NCBI GenBank assembly: GCA_964016885.1
Contig: OZ024742.1
Span: 142,352,001-142,416,000 of the forward strand
Direction of reading: 5' to 3'
Source of the DNA: Eledone cirrhosa
Taxonomy: Eukaryota
DNA: 64,000 bases
In this document: piece after piece, positions 14,113 through 29,898 of the stretch
How the letters are laid out: every line of letters starts with the position of its first letter
Position numbering within the stretch: the first letter of the stretch is position 1
The notes under the pieces: generated by a model
Databases searched by the model: none
What the model saw: only the letters and a program-made list of their open reading frames with translations
What the model was told of the DNA's origin: nothing
Translations under genes and position numbers: made by a program

Positions 14113-15173
14113 ACCAGATAGAAAAATGCGTACAGCAAAAAAAAGTAATATTGGTGGAATATAAACCTTTAAAAATACAGGACAAGAAACTAAAATAAAA
14201 CTTTAAAAGAATAGGACAAGAAACTAAGATAAAACTTTAAAAGAATAGGACAAGAAACTAAGATAAAACTTTAAAGAATTGGACAAGAAATAAAAAATGT
14301 TACAATAATATTAGTGGCAAAAGTTTTTTATTCGTTTCCTGTGCTATGCCCCAGTATCTTCTTGATTAGTGCATAATAATTGTCATGCTCTCATTGTGCG
14401 TTGCCCCTGAGCGGTTGGTTCTGGTTGGGGTTGGTTGGCTGAGCAGTTCTGCTCCGTCAGAATGACCATTGCAAGAAGAATTGGCCGATGCAGCTGCAGG
14501 TCTCCTCCAAGAATGCACTTCTGGTCCCGCAACACCAGACGAAGATGGAGAAGACGACCGGGACAAGATGTCGACTCTGACCACCGACTACGGCACCTCC
14601 CTCAACCACCGGTCCTCCCTCCCTCTGTCCCGTCATCCCTCCAGTCCTCCTGTTCCCCCTTCCTGTACCAGAAAGCTGTGGCACGCATTCATCTGGACTG
14701 CCGGACTTGAACTCAAGGACAAGATGCAGGGAGAAGATGGATGGGTTGGTCAAGATCAAGGATGAGCGGGACGACAAGACTGTCCGCTGCTGCTCAAGAT
14801 CTGTGCTCATGGGCCCATGGGTCCATTCACATTATGCATGACACATGAGGCGTGTCGCCGAATGATGAAATAGGGGTATGGTTATGGCCCAATTGGTATT
14901 CAAACCAGGATCACATGATCCCCCCGGTCTGACGACGACCTCTGAATGTGCAACCCAGAGCCTATGAATGTGGAACTCGATTTTTTACCAATAAAAATTT
15001 TGCCACTAATATTATTGTAACATTTTTTATTTCTTGTCCAATTCTTTAAAGTTTTATCTTAGTTTCTTATCCTATTCTTTTAAAGTTTTATCTTAGTTTC
15101 TTGTCCTGTATTTTTAAAGGTTTATATTCCAACAATATTACTTTTTTTTGCTGTACGCATTTTTCTATCTGGT
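14113..15173. repeat. Inverted repeat (14113-14332 / 14990-15173) with internal ~34-bp tandem units, enclosing a GC-richer 660-bp core
   Basis: accagatagaaaaatgcgtacagc... matches ...gctgtacgcatttttctatctggt; the left arm has one more ggacaagaaactaagataaaactttaaaagaata unit. Confidence 0.85.
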
Positions 15174-15176
15174 TTG

Positions 15177-15681
15177 CATTTAAGTAAGTACCGTACTAAG
15201 AGTGAGAAATGAAATTTTATTTCATTCTATTCCATTTATCGTTTTCGGTGTGCCCGGCCGACTAAACTCACTCGATATGCAAATTAGGCTGCTCAGCCGT
15301 TAATATGCATAAGGAAAGTATATACTTTCAGACGTTCAACCATCTGGCAGGAAGGTATACGATGCTGACGATAGCTAATAAGCTTGCAACTAGTACATCG
15401 TTCCTGTGTCAGTGTTGAACAAAAAGGTGACGTGGTTGCCTAAACACTGTACGGCGTAATTCGGGCTGTTTGTTTGTTTACAAACGAACAAACCTAGCAT
15501 TATAATAAATGTTCGGTAGGCCGATACGTGCATATATATATGTGTGCATGTATGTATATATATACATACTACTGTACGTCTGTATACATATATGTATGTA
15601 CGTATACATACATACATATTTACATTTAAGTAAGTACCGTACTAAGAGTGAGAAATGAAATTTTGTTTCATTCTATTCCAT
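15177..15681 (+). mobile_element. Hammerhead-containing repeat unit, copy 2: 446-bp period with 59-bp direct terminal redundancy
   Basis: catttaagtaagtaccgtactaagagtgagaaatgaaatttt(a/g)tttcattctattccat at 15177-15235 and 15623-15681. Confidence 0.75.
15360..15400 (+). ncRNA. Type I hammerhead-like motif (GCAA variant), copy 2
   Basis: Identical to 12421-12461. Confidence 0.65.
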
Positions 15682-15975
15682 ATATATATATATATATATG
15701 TGTGTATATATATATGTATGTGTATATATATATATATGTATGTGTATATATATGTATGTATATATATATATGTATATATATGTATGTGTATATATGTATA
15801 TATATATGTATATATATATATATGTATGTGTATATATATATATGTATGTGTATATATTTGTATGTGTCTATATATATATGTATGTATATATATATGTATG
15901 TGTATATATATATGTATATGTATGTATATATATATATATATGTATGTGTATGTATATATATATATATATGTATGC

Positions 15976-16013
<38 letters not shown>

Positions 16014-16018
16014 GTATT

Positions 16019-16058
<40 letters not shown>

Positions 16059-16065
16059 TGTATGT

Positions 16066-16109
<44 letters not shown>

Positions 16110-16166
16110 ATGTATATATATATATATATGTGTGTGTGTGTATGTATATATATATATGTGTGTGTG

Positions 16167-16267
<101 letters not shown>

Positions 16268-16440
16268 GTGTATGTATATATATATATGTATGTATATATG
16301 TATATATATATATGTATGTATATATGTATATATGTTTGTATATATATGTATATATATATATATGTATATATATATGTATGTATATATATATATGTATATA
16401 TATATATGTATATATATATATATGTATGTATATATGTATG

Positions 16441-16472
<32 letters not shown>

Positions 16473-16494
16473 TGTTTCTATATATATGTATATA

Positions 16495-16566
<72 letters not shown>

Positions 16567-16605
16567 ATATATAAGATCAAAAGATAGTTAAATGAGTTCC
16601 ATGTA

Positions 16606-16672
16606 TTTTATTATGCGCATTTCGAAAACAAATATCATCATGCAATAACATTTGTGTTTTCATCAGATAAAA
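16606..16672 (-). ncRNA. Minimal type I hammerhead in the inverted pLTR
   Basis: Reverse complement: ttttat-CTGATGA-long stem II-GAAA-tgcgca-TA-ataaaa; palindromic stem III. Confidence 0.75.
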
Positions 16673-17026
16673 TATGAGGACATGATATGAAGGGTAAAAA
16701 CACTTGTGGATAGTGCAGTTTTAAGTCAACATATGAAAAGTAGTTTTAGATTGATGTGTGATATTGGGGGAGAAAAAATTTTTTGTGGGGGGGGGGGGGG
16801 AAGAGGAGGAGATGAGAGTAAAAAGTGGAGGGGGAGGAGTATAATGAGGAAGGATGAGATAGGAGGAGAGATGGCTGATAGAGAGAGCGAGATAGCTTTT
16901 ATAACTGAGAAAAATATATTGTTTCACATAGAGAGGTTGAAAAACCGTTGGAAGATAATGTATAAATTAAAAGAATTTGAAAATTAACGAAGAGAAAAAT
17001 AATGTAAAGTTAAGGTTTGTATATTG

Positions 17027-17195
17027 AAGGGTTTAATAATATGTGCGATGAAAAGAAATTGTTAATATGTATTAAGAATAATATTTAAGGGTTTAATAAT
17101 ATGTGCGATGGAAAGAAAATGTTAATATGTATTAAGAATAATTTTAAGGGTTTAATAATATGTGCGATGGAAAGAAAATGTTGATATGTATTATT
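17027..17195. repeat. ~59-bp unit repeated three times at the inner end of the inverted pLTR
   Basis: aagggtttaataatatgtgcgatg.aaagaaa.tgtt.atatgtatta occurs three times. Confidence 0.85.
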
Positions 17196-18983
17196 AAAAA
17201 AACACAGAAGTAATGTAAGTAGGGATATATTGTGAGATGAGCATGAATAAGTTAGATGAAAGTGAGAAAAAAATAATGAATAGAGGATGAATAATCTAAC
17301 GCCATAAAAACAATGAGAACCTAAATTATGTTAATTTTAAATCTAACCACCCTACTAATATTAAGAATGCTATAGTTAGTAATATTGGAAAAAGAATATC
17401 TAACCTATCTTCTAATAAAAACATCTTCGATGCTAACGCCAATTACTATAACAACGCGCTTTCTAAAGCCGGCTATCCTGATAAAATCAAATATAATAAA
17501 GAAACAAATTCTAGAAAATCTTACAGTAGAATAATTAATCATGATCATTCCAATAACTTTAATAAAAGACCTAGATACAAAAACATAATCTGGTATAATC
17601 CTCCTTTCTCCATCTCTATTAATAATAATATTCCTAAATTATTCTTTAGTGCCTTAAATAAATGCTTCCCTCCCTCACATATCTATAGTAAAATATTTAA
17701 CAAACACACTATAAAATTTTCCTATTCGACATCCTCCAACATTTCCAACATTATCTCTAAACACAACAATAAAATACTAAATACTAAATCTCTTCCTTCC
17801 AACACTGAATATCATAATAATAGTAATAGTACTCCAAACGTCATTGTAAACCCTAGGCTAATTTCTGCAAACCCAAATACAACGTCAAACACAACTTCGC
17901 TAAATGTTCTTAATCCCATTCTAAATCAAGAAACTATTATTCCTATCGCAAATAACTTCTCCAATCCAATTCCTTCTATAGATAACACTCGTTAATAATC
18001 TCTCTAATTGCAATTGCAATTGCCCTGCTAAAAATAAATGTCCTCTCAACAACCATTGTCTTGATAAAAACTTAATTTACGAATGTAAAGTTATAACTGA
18101 CACCAATTCCTTCACCTATTTTGGCTCCACTTCCACCTCCTTTAAAGCTTGTCTTTATAATCATCATTCGTCTTTTAAATATAAACTTAAAAGAACCAAC
18201 ACGGCTCTCTCAGAACTCATATGGTCCTTGAAAGACAAAAATATTAAATATAACATCTCTTGGAAGAAGGTTTCCTCTGCTTCTTTATACTTGAACAGTT
18301 CTCTATCCAAGACTTGCAATCTCTGTCTGAATGAAAAATTTACCATTATATCTAATTTAGATTCTATAATAAATAGACGCACTGACTTGTTTTCTATCTG
18401 CTTGCATAAATTCCACAGAACTTTCCATAAAGTATACAGCTAATATCCTAAACTTTATCAATTCAGAATCCTTTTCTCAAAGGCACATATATATATATAC
18501 TTCTTTAAAAATATACCCATCTTTCTACCTTATTTCAAAGTTATTTATCATATTCTATATCATTCCTATTCATCACTTCTCTTTCTTTCTTTTCATCGCA
18601 CATATTATTAAACCCTTCAATATACAAACCTTAACTTTACATTATTTTTCTCTTCGTTAATTTTCAAATTCTTTTAATTTATACATTATCTTCCAACGGT
18701 TTTTCAACCTCTCTATGTGAAACAATATATTTTTCTCAGTTATAAAAGCTATCTCTCTCTCTCTCTATCAGCCATCTCTCCTCCTATCTCATCCTTCCTC
18801 ATTATACTCCTCACCCTCCACTTTTTACTCTCATCTCCTCCTCTTTTTCATCCTTTCCAACCTCCGCCCCCCTCAAAAAAAATGTTCACCAATATCACAC
18901 ATTAATCTAAAACTACTTTTCATATGTTGACTTAAAACTGCACTATCCACAAGTATTTTTAACCTTCATATCATGTCCTTATA

Positions 18984-19050
18984 TTTTATCTGATGAAAAC
19001 ACAATTGTTATTGCATGATGATATTTGTTTTTGAAATGCGCATAATAAAA
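18984..19050 (+). ncRNA. Minimal type I hammerhead in the 3' pLTR of PLE D
   Basis: ttttat-CTGATGA-aaacacaattgttattgcatgatgatatttgttttt-GAAA-tgcgca-TA-ataaaa. Confidence 0.75.
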
Positions 19051-19205
19051 TACATGGAACTCATTTAACCATCTTTTGATCTTATATATTATGTATACTC
19101 CAGTCCTACAAATTGTAGAGTGCTTCTTATCCGATATCTGCATTGCTTTATTGTACTACAATAAAACTCACCTCCTACATGTATATATATATATGTATGT
19201 ATATA

Positions 19206-19287
<82 letters not shown>

Positions 19288-19304
19288 CATATATATGTAT
19301 ATAT

Positions 19305-19335
<31 letters not shown>

Positions 19336-19345
19336 CATATATATG

Positions 19346-19398
<53 letters not shown>

Positions 19399-19501
19399 GT
19401 GTATATGTATATATATATATGTATATATATATGTTTATATATATATATGAATATATATATATGTATGTATATATGTATATATATATATATATATATGTAT
19501 G

Positions 19502-19600
<99 letters not shown>

Positions 19601-20116
19601 ATATATGTATATATATATAGTTAGAGAAGCAAAAAATTGCTTATTGTGATCCAGTTCTTGGTTAAGAAAGCCAGTTTCATGGATGGTTTCAACGTACGGT
19701 TAGGGGTAACTCCACAAGTTTGTAAGAATTCCGTTCAATCTTGGAGTATAAAGTATAAAAGAGAAAACACAGGTAAGCATTAAGAGAAGGATTTTATTCA
19801 AGTATTTACGACCGTTTCATTGGTAAGTGCAACCTTATATTGCTATACTACAAATAGCAGCCACTCAATTATAATTGTTGTTCACAGTCCAAATTTTCAA
19901 AATAGTAAGTTACTGTTGAAATAATTCTTAATATATAGAGAAAAACATTTATTTGGAATTGTATTTACTAGTATAGAGAGAGAGGAATCAGGAGGTGGGG
20001 GGACAGACGGAATAGTATAGAGAGAGAGGAAGGGGGAAGAGGTAGGAAGTAGAGTGACAAACTGAGATGGAGGGAGGGGTGGTGGTGGAGGGAATCCTTG
20101 GTCAGTTTTGATAGCA

Positions 20117-20548
20117 GAATAATAATAAACATTCGATATTAATAAATTTCGATATTAATAATAACGTTCGATTCGTTAGCAATTTTGCAAACAAGCCTCA
20201 ATTTTATAGCCATGTTCGCATGCCAACACAAGAGGAAGAATGAAGTGTTCATTCTACTGACATGGCTATAATATTGAGGTTTGTTTGCAAAAGTGCAAAC
20301 GAATCGAATGTTATTATTAATATTCGAAAAAGGGTGGTGGACTGGCAGTATCGGTAGAGGGTCGGACGCCATGCTTTCCAGCATAGTTACGTCCCTTTAC
20401 GATCTGAGTTCAAATCCCGCCGAGGTTAACTTTGCCTTTCATCCTTACGGGGTCGATAAAATAAAGTACCAGTAATGAACTGGGTATTTGCTGGCCTTGT
20501 GCCTAAAGTAGAAACAATTATTAATATTCGAAAAACTCAGATTACATT
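20117..20548. mobile_element. Hairpin MITE truncated at its left end, containing a tRNA-SINE (20331-20516, +) with ~18-bp TSD
   Basis: Internal inverted repeat gcaaacaagcctcaattttatagccatgt / acatggctataatattgaggtttgtttgc; TSD attattaatattcgaaaa. Confidence 0.75.
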
Positions 20549-20580
20549 AATTGTATTCACCCATGTAGAGCGAAATTTTC

Positions 20581-20715
<135 letters not shown>

Positions 20716-23700
20716 TAATTCCCTCGTTATTTAGCTCCTATCTCCGTAGTAGAGCACTTTCCAACCCTACCACGCCATATCCCGACTTTTCCACCCAGCT
20801 TAGTTTATTCACTCGCACCATGCGAAAACACAACATCGACTTCTCCACCAAGAACATCGCAGTTCCACCGAGAAAACTTTACCTTCGGATGCTCACGCAA
20901 AAAATCAACCTTTTTGCGAAAAGACTAAGATGGAGAACTTTTTCTACGATAGATACCGCGACAATCAGGACTTTGACACCAAGGAGAGATTTGGATTCAA
21001 TACCTACAAATCTCCCCCTCCGAACCATATGCTCTCACCCTTCGAGAACGACCTTTTCCACCTGGTCAAGAGCATTATATTCAAACCCAGACACAACAGA
21101 TTCCTACAAAAACTCCGTAGCAAAATAACAGAGTATGAAAACACCAACGACATCATGGTGCACTCGGACAAAACTGGAAACCTCTATATCGTCAACCCTG
21201 ACAGATACCACACACTGATCAGGAGCAGCCTAAACTCCACCTATAAAAAGGCTAACCATTCAATTATCGAGGACATAAATCGAGATGGACAACAAATTAC
21301 CTCCAGTCTCGGTGTCGCCGACCGCACTGAACCCCTAGACCCACGGATTCCCTACTTCACACTGAAGGACAACAAATCCGACTTCGACCGCAAACCATCC
21401 ATCAGGCTTATAAACCCAACGAAGTCGGACATAGGGAGAATCAGTAAAAAAAATTCTAGATCGCGTTATACCAAAAGTTAAGCAAAACACGAGACTTAGC
21501 CTATGGGTCAACACCCAGGAAGTAATCTCATGGTTCAGGAATATGGAGGACAAACGAGACACAAAATTCATCCAGTTTGACATAGAGAGTTACTATGCAT
21601 CTATTACCTTACCGCTCCTTACGGCCGCCTTGGACTTTGGCGAAACACTCACGCCCATCACTGACCAGGAAAGAAATATCATTCTCCACGCCAGGAAGAC
21701 AGTCCTACTTTTCGACAACTCCAAGGGGATAAAGAGAACTCCCGACTCACCCTTCGACGTCAGTATGGGCGCGACGGATTCGGCCGAGGTCACAGATTTT
21801 ATAGGATTATTCCTATTATTTAAACTCACCGAAATGTTTCCTGCATTCGGCAGTGGATTGAACCGAGATGATGGGCTCCTCACCCCCAAAGGGTACAACC
21901 CCAGTAGTACAGACCGGGTCCGTAAACAACTAATCAGCTTCTTCCGGGACTGGGGATTTAAAATCACCCTACAAACGTCCCTAACCCGTGTAAATTTCCT
22001 GGACGTTACCCTTAACCTCGAAAATGATCTGTACTACCCATACAGGAAACCAAACGACAACCTGCACTACATCCACCGCCGCTCTAACCATCCTAGAAAC
22101 ATCACCAATAACCTGGTTAAAAACATCTCCCTCCGCATATCTCGTTTGTCCACTAATGAGTAGATATTCGACGAAAATGCGCCTCATTAAACCAGGCCCT
22201 CAAGCGGAGTGGCTTCCGGGAGGAAATATCCTTTTATCCAGCTTCCCTTAGCGGAACCAGCAGGCGCAATGTAACGTGATTCAATCCTCCCCACAATGCC
22301 GAGGTGGCAACACCTATCGGGAAAATCTTTAGGCTCCTCGAAAAACACTTCCCACCACAACATAATCAACAAAAACACCATCAAACTCTCCTACAGCACC
22401 ACACCTAACTTCACACAAAACATCGTCTCCCCAAACAACAAAAAACTCAACCCCTATGGAAGAAATAACTTAGACATCAGTGGAGAGCCGACCAGGAGGT
22501 ATAACTGTCCTGATAGATCCATGTGCCCACACAAGAACAGATGCCGAGAACGGAACGTGATCTACCAGTGCAACGTGAGGACGGACACCTCCAACAAAGC
22601 TTATATAGGATTAACCGCTTTAGACTTCAAGACCCGGCTCTACCAACACCGACATACTTTCCGAAACCCGGTCCGGCGACATGCCACTACACTTTTGGGC
22701 CACATCTGGGACCTCAAAGATAATAATATAACCTACAATCTCACTTGGAGCTTACTGTTCAGAGCTAACTCTTACACGGGAGGACGTCGTCCGTTTAACT
22801 TATACTCGGAGGAAACATTACAAATGTTGTTTTCGAAGGACCAACTCCTAAACAAGAAAGACGAACTGGTAACCGCATGCAAACACAGATTGCGTAGGAC
22901 CTACCTCGCCTTTAAACCCCATAACGACCCGGTGGGTAGACAACGGCTGATACCCCCCACTTGCCGAATAAGTTAGGGGAAACTCCTGATTACATAGGGA
23001 GAAGTACCTCTTTTTTTCTCCTCTACGTTTCCTTCTTCCCCCGATCTCCTTCCTCGTCTGTCTTTCCCCTTTCGCCTACCCCGATGCAGCCCATCATCCT
23101 CTGTAGTCTCAGTACCCCCACCCCAGTATTTTAAAGATATAATTGGCCGATTACGCTTTACTAACTATTTATAGCAGATGTGTTAGACCCCTGTAATTTC
23201 TTCTTTTTTTTTGTTACTACTCCATTTCTCAATTTCAATATTTCTCATTTAGTAGTTTCTTATCTCTACTTATTAACCTGTAATTGTATGATAGCATTGG
23301 CTGATTACGCTTTACTAACTATTTATAACAGCTGTGTTAGACCCCTTGAAAAGTTTGCATTATTTTTTCACGACCCACTCCAACATTCTCTTATTTAGTA
23401 TTTTACTCTCTACTTATTAAACTTTTCTATAGCTTTGCCGTACCAGCAACACCTATTAATTATAGCAGCTGTTTCTAGACTCCAATGTATTTGTTTTTTT
23501 CATTTCTCAATATATCATTTTTTATATTTATATATTTTTATTTTTATTTTCATTGTCTTCGTCTTACCTATTCTTTATACTCCCCTCCTCCTTTTCCCCA
23601 GAACATTCTTTCATACACTTTCCTTAGAATCTGTTGTATAGATTTCACTTTCAACGCCTAACTGGCTTTACTCATTCCTTCTTTGTTCTACCGGCAAGTT

Positions 23701-23911
23701 CAGCCACTCCTACCTCCCACTAAATGCCATGACAGATCTACTTGTCTTTACAACAAAATTTGACCAATCCTCTTGACAATTATAATCTTCCCATATAAGG
23801 AAGTTCCCCTTGATAAGTTCGGCTATTTATTTACCAGGTTAAAAATTCTAATTTAGTCCTGAAATAGCCGTCGAAACGGCTTGAGCTCTGCTGTCGGGGT
23901 CATACCTTTTA
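20716..23911 (+). mobile_element. Apparently full-length but disabled Penelope-like element (Naiad-like, family A): N-terminus, RT, GIY-YIG and long 3' UTR
   Basis: FSTKNI.VP..LRW, SDKTGNLY, RLINPTKSDIG, FDIESYYASI, FDVSMGATD, (N)RDDG, VNFLDVT, YRKPN..SNHP, VIYQC..YIGLT; several frameshifts and stops. Confidence 0.9.
23806..23900 (+). ncRNA. Degenerate hammerhead-like motif at the 3' end of PLE A
   Basis: cccc / gggg stem I, cggctattt..aaatagccg stem II, GAAA-cggcttgagctctgctg-TC; 5' core decayed to ttgataag. Confidence 0.45.
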
Positions 23912-24889
23912 CTATATATATATATATATATACCTACATACACAGACTCACATACACACACAACCATATAACTAACATATGCGTCCTCTGACGCCTGCCT
24001 ACATGCTCGCGTACATCAGCACTCACACGCACATGCACATATACACACGTGTCCGTATACAGAGGCACAGAGACAGACTCGCTCCCCATCACACACATAC
24101 ACACATATATATCCCCCCTGTAGGTCCCCTACACCCATACCAATGACCAATGGACAACAACAACCACCCATAGTTTGTGGATCCTCTACTGGTTAGGAGT
24201 CATATAAACCACGTTTTATTGAACCTGATTTTATATATATATGTATATATATATCATGTGTATATATATATATATATTTTATATGTGTATATATGTGTAT
24301 TTTATATATATGTATATATATGTATATATTTTATATATATATGTATGTGTATTTTATATATATATATGTGTATGTATGTTTTATGTCTGTATATATTTTA
24401 TGTATGTGTGTATTTTATGTATATATATATATATTTTATATATATGTATGTTCTGTGTATATATATATATTTTATATATATATATACTTGTGCGTACATA
24501 CGTACATGTATATATATATATATACACACCTGAATGGATTTGTGTGTGTAGATGTGTGAGTGTTTGAGGGGGTAGGTGTGAGTGTATGTACAAGTCAACC
24601 TTTTATTTCTAAATTTTCTAAACTATCTAAGTATTGGACTCTAACCATTATATTAAGTATTACCACCCCACATTTTGTATGTGTGTATGTGTATGTGTGT
24701 CTGTGGAGGTGGGTGTGAGTGTGTGCAAGCCAACCTACATAAGTATTTTTATTTGTAAATGTTCTACTCTAATCATGAATTTCAGTAGCACCACTCCACA
24801 TAAATTCCTCAATTTAAGAATGACCTGTAGTATCTATTTCATACTATTAACCTTAATTGAATATATATCTGACCAGGAATGATTTTTGT

Positions 24890-25310
<421 letters not shown>

Positions 25311-26718
25311 ACGAAGGAAATGTGGTAAGGAACCAGATGGACCATCACGCACCAAAGTACTCAATACTTAGGGTAGTAGAGTGGGTGATAGGAACGAGTA
25401 GGACCCCTACGGCTGAGCTCAAGCCGTTTCGACGGCTAATTCTGGACTAAATGAACATTTTTATCCTGGTAAATGAATAGCCGAGCTTCTCAGGGGGTAA
25501 TTCCATATATGGTAAAAGTGATTGTCACAGGGATTGGTAAAAACTTTGTTGTTGAGACACATAATTCTATCATGGCATTTTGTGGAAGGAAGGGGTAGCT
25601 GAACTTGCCAGTAGAACAAAGAGGGAGAGGGAGTGGAGGAAACTCAGTCGTGCGTTGAAAGTGACAACTACAGCAGAATCCTAAGGATAAGAGGTGAAGA
25701 GGGGGAGGGGGAGGAAGTCGAAACAATAAGTAAATCTATATGGAGTAAATCTATATAGAAAAATAAGAATGTTAAAAATATAAAAAAACACAATTTCTGG
25801 TTACTATTCCCCTACCACAATCATCAAGTCTCTCATTGGTACTGCTAAACTATAGAAAAGTTTAATAGGTGGGGCGGGATACTAAATACGAGATTGTAGT
25901 GAAAGAATTTTATGAGGTAGTAGTAATCGGCCAAATCTATCTTACAATGACAGGTCAACAAGTAGGGGGCCAAAATACTAAAAAGAACTAATACGAAATA
26001 ATAATTCAGAGACCCGAAACTAATACGAATTAATAATTCAGAATCCCGAAAACGAATACTAATACAATATATAAGAGTACCGCTACAATACATAAATTCT
26101 AATGCAAACTACATAAATGCTCGTACGATATATATGAAAAAATTAATACGAAAAATTAATTCAGAATCCCCCCCCCCCCCCAAAATAATACTGATATACG
26201 AGAAACCAAAGCAGAGATACCACCAAGAAATCTAGAAATCACGGAAATGGGGTGCAATCAGATAAGAAAGCAAGTATCTGGGGTCTAGCACATCTGCTAT
26301 AAAAAGCGGAGTCGGCCAATTCTATCATAGAATAGGGGATGGGGTGGGGGTACTGAGGCTACAGAGGACCGAAGGGCTGACTCGGGGTGAGCGAGATGGT
26401 GAAAAGAACGACGACAAAGAAGAAGAACTGGGGTGGAAGGACTAGGAAGGGATGGGGGGAAGAAGGAAATATAGAGGAAACGATAAAAAATATATAAGAA
26501 AATCTTACGTCTACCTTTGTAAGCAGGGGTTACCCATTACGAAGTCGGCAAGTGGGGTGTTACAGCCCTTGTCCACCGCCCCCCCCCCCCTCCGGGTCAT
26601 TATAGGGTTTGAGGGCGAGGTAAGTCCTACGTAATCTGTGTTTGCATGCAGTTACCAGTTCGTCTTTCTTGTATGGGAGTTGGTCCGTCGAACTGGTAAC
26701 TGCATGCAAACACAGATT
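25311..26718 (-). mobile_element. 3' fragment of an A-related PLE (A'), with a degenerate hammerhead at 25403-25498 and a 30-bp fold-back at its 5' end
   Basis: KKDELVTACKHRLRRTYLA shared with element A; 3' UTR similar but diverged; mirror at 35338-36603. Confidence 0.8.
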
Positions 26719-28037
<1,319 letters not shown>

Positions 28038-28079
28038 GGATATATATATTTCTATATATATATATATGTATATATATAT

Positions 28080-28184
<105 letters not shown>

Positions 28185-28243
28185 TATATATATATGTATA
28201 TATATATTTATGTAGTGTAGTTGAACATAGATGCGCGTGTTGT

Positions 28244-28356
<113 letters not shown>

Positions 28357-28697
28357 ACATATATACATGTATATATTGTACCTTTTGATTTTTAATTGTA
28401 ATTTTAATGTTGGTAAAGGTATATTATTATAATGTATTATGTTATATTACATTGTGTTATATATAATTCCTGCTCTATATAACCAAATTTGTTTAGATTT
28501 AGGTTAGTTGCTTTGGACTATATTTGTAATATGGTTCTTAATGTTATATACATCCTTAGTTACACTTATTATATACTTTAATTATTTTTATTTTTATTTT
28601 TATTATCATATATCTTTGCAAGACTTTAGTGTATGTACACTCCATATTCTTCGGAGATTCCGGCTTGTATCTTCCGATATTACTTCTTGTTGTTTTG

Positions 28698-28742
28698 ATT
28701 GCCCTGATGAGTCCTTAATAGGACGAAACATTGTCGGCTAAT
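28698..28742 (+). ncRNA. Minimal type I hammerhead with canonical core in an orphan pLTR (about 28365-28786)
   Basis: gcc-CTGATGA-gtcct taat aggac-GAAA-cattg-TC-ggc followed by aataaa. Confidence 0.85.
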
Positions 28743-28896
28743 AAAAACTTTTGATGTATTAAAGGATTCTTTGTTTTACTCTCTTAATATATATTTATGT
28801 ATATATATATATGTATATATATATATGTATATATATATATATGTATATGTTTATATATATATGTATATATATATGTATATATATATGTATATGTAT

Positions 28897-29232
<336 letters not shown>

Positions 29233-29619
29233 ACTATATATATATATATATATTTGTGTATATATATGTATTTATGTATATATATGTATTTATATATTTA
29301 TGTACATATATATGTATATATGTATATATTTATGTATATATATATGTATATATATATATACATATATATATGTATATATATATATATATATATGTCGTTT
29401 CTGAATTTGTTTAGCAAGATTCTTTATCTGAAATCGTGTGTTGAAACCGATATTGTTATACTTTGGGAGGGTCATGTTGCCAATAAGAAACACACGCACC
29501 AGTTGCTTTCACTTCAATTTATTATATATTTATAAATTTATAAATTTACAAATCTACAAACTTATAAATTTCTGGTTGGTTGGTTGGTTGGTTCCACAAC
29601 CAGATAGTTGTTTATATAT

Positions 29620-29664
29620 AAACATAGTCCTTTCGTCACACACTCTGTGACCTCTTCAGTGACT
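29620..29664 (-). ncRNA. Minimal type I hammerhead in the PLE B 3' UTR
   Basis: Mirror of 32401-32445 with one stem I mismatch. Confidence 0.7.
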
Positions 29665-29898
29665 GGGGATTCCTTTCTTTGTTTCTGTGCCTTTCCTTTC
29701 TTCTATCCTACGCCATTTTGTTTCTGTGTGTGTGTTGTGTGCTCAGTTTGCGCATGCGCCACATCCGGGTGTCTGTGTGTGTTTGTGTTCATTTATCTAT
29801 TTGTTTATTTATTTATTTATTTATTTATTGTTGGTTGGTTGTTTGTTCTATGTGTGTGTGTGTTTTCATTTTGTCCTGTGTGTGTTTTCATTTTGTCC

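Larger units (their letters stand above)
16565..19090 (+). mobile_element. 5'-truncated Penelope-like element (Naiad-like, family D) with an inverted ~500-bp copy of its 3' end at the 5' side
   Basis: Plus frame NLNYVNFKSNHP..KRISNLSS..IIWYNPPFS..KFSYS, CNCP....CPL, GIY-YIG-like LIYEC..YFGST, TCNLCLNEK; 16565-17060 is the reverse complement of 18590-19090. Confidence 0.85.

Noticed and set aside
19790-19895. Hammerhead remnant on minus (GAAACGGTC followed by aataaa)
   Set aside because: The 5' core is broken (ctgtga) and the stems are unconvincing.
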